In this document: piece after piece, positions 58,143 to 64,000 of the stretch
Layout of the letters: the number at the start of each line of letters is the position of its first letter
Position numbering within the stretch: the first letter of the stretch is position 1
Assembly (NCBI GenBank): GCA_026981935.1
Contig: JALSIC010000026.1
Location: forward strand, 65 to 64,064
DNA: 64,000 bases
Reading direction: 5' to 3'
Source: Gammaproteobacteria bacterium
GTDB taxonomy: Bacteria > Pseudomonadota > Gammaproteobacteria > SZUA-140
Notes under the pieces: generated by a model
Databases searched by the model: none
What the model was told of the DNA's origin: nothing
Seen by the model: only the letters and a program-made list of their open reading frames with translations
Made by a program: the position numbers and the translations under genes

Positions 58143-59402
58143 ATGACAAGAAAAAATGCCTTCTACGCCCAGTCGGGCGGTGTCACCGCGGTCATCAACG
58201 CCACGGCCTGCGGACTCATCGAGGCCGCCCGCCAGCACAGGGACAGAATCGGCAAGGTGTATGCCGGGCGCAACGGCATCATCGGCGCACTCACAGAGGA
58301 CCTCATCGACACCAGCCGCGAATCGGCCGCCGCCATCGCCGCCCTGCGTCACACGCCCGCCGGCGCCTTCGGCTCCTGCCGCTACAAGCTCAAGAGCCTC
58401 GAAGAGAACCGGCGGGAATACGAGCGCCTCATCGAAGTCTTCGAGGCACACAATATCGGCTATTTCTTCTACAATGGCGGGGGCGATTCCGCCGACACCT
58501 GCCTCAAGGTCTCTCAGCTCTCCGAACGCATGGGCTACCCCATTCAGGCCATTCACGTGCCCAAGACCGTGGACAACGACCTGCCCATCACCGACAACTG
58601 CCCCGGTTTCGGTTCCGTCGCCAAGTACATCGCCATCTCCACCCTGGAAGCGAGCCTCGACGTGGCCTCCATGGCCAAGACCTCCACCAAGGTCTTCGTC
58701 CTGGAAGTGATGGGACGCCATGCCGGCTGGATCGCCGCCGCCGGCGGCCTGGCAAGCAGCGAGGACATGGCACTGCCCATCGTCATTCTCTTTCCCGAAG
58801 TCACCTTCGACAGGGACAGGTTCCTGGCCAAGGTGGAACAGATGGTGGCAGATCACGGCTATTGCTCCGTGGTGGTCTCGGAGGGCGTGCGGGGCCCCGA
58901 CGGGCGGTTTCTTTCCGATCAGGGGCTGCGCGACGCCTTCGGCCACGCCCAGCTCGGTGGCGTGGCACCCGTGGTGGCCAGCATCATCAAGGAAAACCTG
59001 GGTTACAAATATCACTGGGGTGTGGCCGATTACCTGCAGCGGGCAGCCCGCCACATCGCCTCCAAGACCGACGTGGAGCAGGCCTACGCCATGGGCAAGG
59101 CGGCCGTCCAATTCGCCCTCAAGGGCCACAATGCCGTGATGCCCACCATCGAACGGCGCTCCAGCAAGCCCTACCGCTGGGGCGTGGGCATGGCGCCCCT
59201 GAAAAAGGTGGCCAACGTGGAAAAGATGATGCCCCGCAGCTTCATCACCCGCGACGGCTTCGGCATCACCAACAAGTGCCGCGAGTACCTGGCCCCCCTC
59301 ATCAAGGGAGAAGACTATCCACCCTATCGCAACGGCCTGCCGCGCTATGTGCGCCTGAAGAACATCGCCGTGCCCAGGAAACTGGAGGCGTTCGAAATCT
59401 GA
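58143..59402 (+). CDS. pfp: Pyrophosphate-dependent 6-phosphofructokinase (PPi-PFK)
   Basis: 420 aa; PFK-A fold with PPi-type signatures (GGDSADT, KTVDNDL, MGR). Confidence 0.85.
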   Translation: MTRKNAFYAQSGGVTAVINATACGLIEAARQHRDRIGKVYAGRNGIIGALTEDLIDTSRESAAAIAALRHTPAGAFGSCRYKLKSLEENRREYERLIEVFEAHNIGYFFYNGGGDSADTCLKVSQLSERMGYPIQAIHVPKTVDNDLPITDNCPGFGSVAKYIAISTLEASLDVASMAKTSTKVFVLEVMGRHAGWIAAAGGLASSEDMALPIVILFPEVTFDRDRFLAKVEQMVADHGYCSVVVSEGVRGPDGRFLSDQGLRDAFGHAQLGGVAPVVASIIKENLGYKYHWGVADYLQRAARHIASKTDVEQAYAMGKAAVQFALKGHNAVMPTIERRSSKPYRWGVGMAPLKKVANVEKMMPRSFITRDGFGITNKCREYLAPLIKGEDYPPYRNGLPRYVRLKNIAVPRKLEAFEI

Positions 59403-59449
59403 GGACTGAGGACTGAGGACTGAGGACTGAGGACTGAGGACTGAGGACT
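59400..59449. repeat. Tandem array of TGAGGACT (8-mer), 6 units, beginning at the pfp stop codon
   Basis: Direct reading; the pfp TGA stop is the first 3 nt of the array. Confidence 0.8.
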
Positions 59450-59555
59450 TCAGGATTGTCGCGCCGGCTTTGCGGAAAGACAAGCCCAACCCCCGGTCCC
59501 AATCCTCGATCCAGCCTCTGACCTCGACCTCAGTCTTCCATGCTCTTCGCCGCAA

Positions 59556-61565
59556 TCAATCTCCCAGGAGGGGCGCGATCACCAGGCTGACGATGGCCAG
59601 GACATTGATGAGGATGTTCATGGAGGGTCCCGAGGTGTCCTTGAAGGGATCACCCACGGTATCGCCTACCACCGTGGCCTTGTGCACTTCGGACCCCTTG
59701 CCACCCAGGTTGCCCTTCTCCACATATTTCTTGGCATTGTCCCAGGCCCCGCCGGCATTGGCCATGGTCAGGGCCAGCAGCACACCGGCGACGAGCGCAC
59801 CGCCCAGCATGCCGCCCAGCGCCTCCGGCCCGATGCCGAAACCCACCACCACCGGCGCCGAGACCGCCAGCACGCCGGGGAGGATCATTTTCTTCAACGC
59901 GGCCTGGGTGGCGATGTCCACACAGCGGTCGCTGTCGGGCTTGGCGGTACCTTCCATGAGCCCTGGAATCTCCCTGAACTGACGCCGGATCTCCTTGATC
60001 ATGTCGAAGGCGGCATCGCCCACCGCCGTCATGGTGAGCGAGGCCACCAGGAAGGGGAAAATCCCCCCCAGGAAGAGGCCGATGAGCACCTCGGGACGCC
60101 CCAGTTCCAGGCTGAAATCCGTTGCGTGCATGGATACCTCCTGGACATAGGCGGTGATGATGGCCAGCGCCGCCAGGGCCGCAGCCCCGATGGCAAACCC
60201 CTTGCCGATGGCTGCCGTGGTATTGCCCAGCTCGTCCAGGGAATCCGTGATCTTGCGGGTGTCCTCGCCCAGTTCCCCCATTTCGGCGATGCCGCCGGCA
60301 TTGTCCGCCACCGGGCCATAGGCATCGATGGCCATGGTGATGCCCACCGTGGCCAGCATGCCCACGGCAGCCACGCCAACGCCGTAGAGACCGCACAGCT
60401 CGCTGGAAATATAGATGATGGCGGCAATGGTCAGCAGAGGCACCACCACGGAATTCATGCCCGTGGCGAAGCCTGAGATGATCACCGTGGCCGGTCCGGT
60501 CTCGCCCGACTTGGCGATATGCCGCACGGGCGGGCCTGCGGTGAAATATTCCGTGACCAGGCCGATGATGATGCCGCCCACGGATCCCACCAGCACAGCG
60601 CCCCAGGCCGAGCTGTCCACACCCACCATCTTGATGATGAGATAGGCCAGCAGGATAAACAGGACTGAGGCGCCGATGGTGCCGGTGCGAAGCGCCACCT
60701 CGGGTGACTTGTGAGAAGCGCGCCTGACCAGGTAGATGCCGGCAATGGAACAAAGCAGGCCGCCGGAGGCCAGCGCCAGGGGAAGGAACATGAGATCGGC
60801 GCGATCCCCCAGCTGCGCCAGGCGGTCCATGGCCATGGTGGATGCCATGGCGATGGTGGCGATCATGGCACCGCAGTAGGATTCGAAGATGTCGGAGCCC
60901 ATGCCGGCCACGTCGCCCACGTTGTCCCCCACGTTGTCGGCGATGACGCCGGGATTGCGGGGGTCGTCCTCGGGTATGCCGGCCTCCACCTTGCCCACCA
61001 GGTCGGCGCCCACATCGGCGCTCTTGGTATAGATACCGCCGCCGACACGGGAAAAGAGCGCCACGCTGGATGCCCCCATGCCGAAGCCGTGGATCACGGC
61101 GGCGGTCTCCGGATCGCCGCCGAAGATGAGATAGAGGAATCCCAGGCCGAGCAGGCCGAGGGATGCCAGTGCCAGGCCCATAATGGAGCCGCCGAAGAAG
61201 GCGACCGTGAGCGCCTCGGGGGCGCCCTTGTCGTGCGCTGCCACCGTGGTACGCACATTGGCCTGGGTGGCTGTATACATGCCGATATAACCGGCGCTGG
61301 CGGAGCTGATGGCGCCCACGAGGAAGGCGAACATGGTGGCGAATCCCAGCGACATCCACAACAGCACGGCCACCACGGCCACGAATATCCCCAGCATCTG
61401 GTACTCGCGCCGGATGAAGACCATGGCTCCCTGATGGATGGCCTCGGCGATCTCGGCGATCCGGCCCTCGCCACCGGGATACTGGCGTACCAGCTGATAG
61501 ACACGATAAGCCGCATACAGCCCCCCGGCGCCCAGCAGGGGGGGCAATAGATGAGAAATGCTCAT
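59556..61565 (-). CDS. hppA: Membrane-bound proton-translocating pyrophosphatase (K+-insensitive type)
   Basis: 669 aa polytopic; H+-PPase signatures ([26 protein letters not shown]); start at MSISHLL. Confidence 0.92.
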   Translation of the reverse strand: MSISHLLPPLLGAGGLYAAYRVYQLVRQYPGGEGRIAEIAEAIHQGAMVFIRREYQMLGIFVAVVAVLLWMSLGFATMFAFLVGAISSASAGYIGMYTATQANVRTTVAAHDKGAPEALTVAFFGGSIMGLALASLGLLGLGFLYLIFGGDPETAAVIHGFGMGASSVALFSRVGGGIYTKSADVGADLVGKVEAGIPEDDPRNPGVIADNVGDNVGDVAGMGSDIFESYCGAMIATIAMASTMAMDRLAQLGDRADLMFLPLALASGGLLCSIAGIYLVRRASHKSPEVALRTGTIGASVLFILLAYLIIKMVGVDSSAWGAVLVGSVGGIIIGLVTEYFTAGPPVRHIAKSGETGPATVIISGFATGMNSVVVPLLTIAAIIYISSELCGLYGVGVAAVGMLATVGITMAIDAYGPVADNAGGIAEMGELGEDTRKITDSLDELGNTTAAIGKGFAIGAAALAALAIITAYVQEVSMHATDFSLELGRPEVLIGLFLGGIFPFLVASLTMTAVGDAAFDMIKEIRRQFREIPGLMEGTAKPDSDRCVDIATQAALKKMILPGVLAVSAPVVVGFGIGPEALGGMLGGALVAGVLLALTMANAGGAWDNAKKYVEKGNLGGKGSEVHKATVVGDTVGDPFKDTSGPSMNILINVLAIVSLVIAPLLGD

Positions 61566-61994
61566 ATTTCCCCCTATCTTGATGGTCACAGACCGCGCAG
61601 GTCAGCCGACGTGAGACGGCACTTCGCCCGGCGCGACATCCAACCGGATTTATTTTTATCCTGGATTTATTCTTGGCATGACCAACGAAAAGCGGCAGCC
61701 AACCTGTCCAGAATATTAGAACGGCGCCGGCAAATCAACGCAGACCACGCCCCGCAGCGCTCGCACAACAGCTCATAACGCGGATTTTGTCCCATGATAT
61801 CAACAGATTGACGAATGTATGCACGGGGGTAACAGGGGGAAACACGCCACCCTTTTGCCCTGTACAGTACATCCAAGGCGGGGTGCATCGACTCCGGCCT
61901 GTCTGTATAATGGCCGCCCTTTTTCCACACAGGCCTCCACGTCACGGGCAAGTCATTGCGTCCGTTTGAAATAAATTCAGAGGAACCGTCAGCC

Positions 61995-62543
61995 ATGAAT
62001 CTGGACAGAGTCACGCCGGGCGAGAAGGTGCCGGCAGAAGTCAACGTCATCATCGAAATCCCCGCCCACAGCGAACCGGTCAAATACGAAGTGGACAAAC
62101 GCACGGGCGCCATGTTCGTCGACCGGTTCATGACCACGGCCATGTACTATCCCTGCAATTACGGCTACATCCCCCACAGCCTGTCAGAGGACGGCGACCC
62201 GGTGGATGTCCTGGTCATCACCCCGGTACCCCTCATCAGCGGCTCCGTGATCTGCTGCCGTCCGGTGGACATGCTGGAGATGCGCGATGAGGCGGGCCAG
62301 GACGCCAAGATCCTGGCAGTCCCCACCGATGACCTGAGCAATCTCTACAGCCATGTCGAGAGCGCCAGCGACCTCTCACCCAACCTGCTGGGCCAGATCA
62401 CCCACTTCTTCGAGCACTACAAGGACCTGGAGCCCAACAAATGGGTACGCATCGAAGGCTGGAGCGGCGCGGAAAAGGCGCGCCAGGAGATCCTCGACAG
62501 CATCGAGCGTTACAACCGCTCGCCGGAGAAGCCTTTTTTCTGA
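61995..62543 (+). CDS. ppa: Soluble inorganic pyrophosphatase (family I)
   Basis: 182 aa; family I PPase motifs ([18 protein letters not shown]). Confidence 0.9.
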   Translation: MNLDRVTPGEKVPAEVNVIIEIPAHSEPVKYEVDKRTGAMFVDRFMTTAMYYPCNYGYIPHSLSEDGDPVDVLVITPVPLISGSVICCRPVDMLEMRDEAGQDAKILAVPTDDLSNLYSHVESASDLSPNLLGQITHFFEHYKDLEPNKWVRIEGWSGAEKARQEILDSIERYNRSPEKPFF

Positions 62544-62569
62544 TGGCTTGCTGAACGGGCGACAGACCC

Positions 62570-63463
62570 ATGACGGGGCATCTCCCTCACGGCCACGAGG
62601 CCTCTTCCGGCCGCACCTTGTTGTGGGGACTGGGCATCACCGCGGGCTTCGCCGTGGTGGAGGCCATCGGCGGGTGGTGGTCGGGCTCGCTGGCCCTGCT
62701 GGGCGATGCCGCCCACATGATCTCCGACGCCACGGCCCTGGCGCTGGCGGCCTTCGCCGCCTGGGTGGCCCGCCAGCCACCCTCGGCCCGGCACTCCTAT
62801 GGGCTGGTGCGCGCCGAGGCCGTGGCGGCGCTGGTCAACGGGCTGTTCATGCTGGTGGTGGTGGGGGGCATCGCCTACCACGCCGTGGAACGCCTGCGCC
62901 ACCCCCACGAGGTGGCCGGCGGCGTGGTCATGGGCATCGCTGCGGTGGGCCTGGCGGTCAATCTCGTGGTGGCGAGAATCCTGCATCACGGCGAACAGAC
63001 CCTCAACACCCGCGCCGCCCTGTTGCACGTGCTGGGTGACCTGCTGGGCTCGGTCGCCGCCCTCATCGCAGGCGCCGTGATCTATTTCACCGGCTGGACC
63101 CCCATTGATCCCCTCCTGTCCCTGCTCATCTGCGTCCTGATCCTCGTCTCCAGCCTGCGCCTGCTGCGGGACGTGCTTCATGTCATCATGGAAGGCGTCC
63201 CCCCTTATCTGGACCTGCCGGCGGTGGGCCGGGCCATGGCCGGCGTCCCTGGCGTGCGCTCCGTGCACGACCTGCACATCTGGACCCTGTCCTCCGGCCT
63301 CGTGGCCCTCTCGGCCCACGTGGTTATCGACAGCATGGACCGGTGGGAGGCCGTGCTGGCGGCCCTGCGCGAGCTGCTGAAGGAACGTTACGGCATCGAG
63401 CACATCACCCTGCAGCCCGAAATCCAGGCGGCCGTGCCCATCACCCTGCGTCTCCGGGAATAA
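62570..63463 (+). CDS. Cation diffusion facilitator family transporter (CzcD/ZitB-like)
   Basis: 297 aa; 6 TM helices, HxxxD metal-site motifs (HMISDA, HVLGDLL), C-terminal cytoplasmic domain. Confidence 0.85.
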   Translation: MTGHLPHGHEASSGRTLLWGLGITAGFAVVEAIGGWWSGSLALLGDAAHMISDATALALAAFAAWVARQPPSARHSYGLVRAEAVAALVNGLFMLVVVGGIAYHAVERLRHPHEVAGGVVMGIAAVGLAVNLVVARILHHGEQTLNTRAALLHVLGDLLGSVAALIAGAVIYFTGWTPIDPLLSLLICVLILVSSLRLLRDVLHVIMEGVPPYLDLPAVGRAMAGVPGVRSVHDLHIWTLSSGLVALSAHVVIDSMDRWEAVLAALRELLKERYGIEHITLQPEIQAAVPITLRLRE

Positions 63464-63500
63464 TTTCTGGGAATAATTTCTGGGAATAATTCCTGGGCAT
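63455..63500. repeat. Tandem array of GGGAATAATTTCT (13-mer), about 3.5 units, spanning the CDF stop codon
   Basis: Direct reading; TAA occurs in each unit. Confidence 0.75.
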
Positions 63501-63597
63501 AATCCCCCCGTTCCCCCAGCCGCTCCTTCGGCTTGCTTTGTCTCTGCCCGGCTTGTAGCATACGGCCTCCATTTGCCCGGTCCGGAGGAAAGACACC

Positions 63598-64000
63598 ATG
63601 TCCAAGCTGGTCAACCCCCATGGCGGCGAAACCCTCAAGCCCCTGCTGCTGGCAGGCGAGGCCCTGCAGGAAGAAGCGGCACGCGCCCGCAGCCTGCCCC
63701 GCATCCCCCTGAGTTCCCGGGAGGCCGGGGATCTCATCATGATGGGTATCGGCGGCTTCACACCCCTGGAGGGTTTCATGACCCGGGCCGACTGGGAAGG
63801 GGTGTGTGACGGCTTCAAGATGGCCAACGGCCTGTTCTGGCCCATCCCCATCACCCTTTCCACCGACAAGGCAACCGCCGACGGCATCCGGCCGGGCAGC
63901 GAGGTCGCGCTGGTGAATCCGGAGAACGGCGGCATCATGGCCACCATGCAGGTGACGGAGAAATACACCATCGACAAGGCGCACGAGTGCATGATGGTCT
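63598..64000 (+). CDS. sat: Sulfate adenylyltransferase (ATP sulfurylase, Sat type), 5' partial; runs off the window
   Basis: GGAGG RBS at 63585; N-terminus [10 protein letters not shown]...[24 protein letters not shown] matches homo-oligomeric ATP sulfurylase N-domains. Confidence 0.8.
   Translation, partial: MSKLVNPHGGETLKPLLLAGEALQEEAARARSLPRIPLSSREAGDLIMMGIGGFTPLEGFMTRADWEGVCDGFKMANGLFWPIPITLSTDKATADGIRPGSEVALVNPENGGIMATMQVTEKYTIDKAHECMMV

Noticed and set aside
59650-61359. 569-aa minus-strand ORF in an alternative frame of hppA
   Set aside because: Out-of-frame translation of the H+-PPase gene, Gly/Arg-rich; the in-frame product has unambiguous H+-PPase motifs.

Overview
High-GC (~65%) gammaproteobacterial chromosomal window, probably from a sulfur-oxidising lineage: a dissimilatory-type ATP sulfurylase gene starts at the 3' end. 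The window is densely coded with housekeeping genes in E. coli-like synteny blocks: yibQ-ctpA-envC-gpmI; yibN-like rhodanese-secB-gpsA with grxC absent; ygfB-pepP-ubiH-ubiI; zapA-6S RNA-ygfA; priA-argS-SPOR. Also present: ilvA, rpiA, speA, a glutamate dehydrogenase, gor, cfa, an AidB-like acyl-CoA dehydrogenase, aroE, pitA plus DUF47, hemB, hemJ. A pyrophosphate/adenylate energy cluster sits at the 3' end (adk with a histone-H1-like tail, PPi-dependent phosphofructokinase, membrane H+-pyrophosphatase, soluble pyrophosphatase, ATP sulfurylase). Accessory or unusual content: a lower-GC MntA/HepT (MNT/HEPN) toxin-antitoxin islet flanked by repeats; a standalone histone-H1-like Lys/Ala-rich protein; a giant DUF3683/FAD/Fe-S/CCG oxidoreductase divergent from a cNMP-binding rhodanese; a GCS2-ligase plus AstE/AspA-deacylase pair; a secreted TraF_2-like beta-barrel plus an acidic Ala-rich hypothetical protein; an AT-rich DnaA-box cluster upstream of priA; and many 7-13 bp tandem-repeat arrays and REP-like hairpin clusters, several of which overlap the stop codons of upstream genes. 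No tRNA/rRNA, CRISPR array or transposase was seen. All calls are from motif/synteny recognition in the supplied translations; no database search was run.
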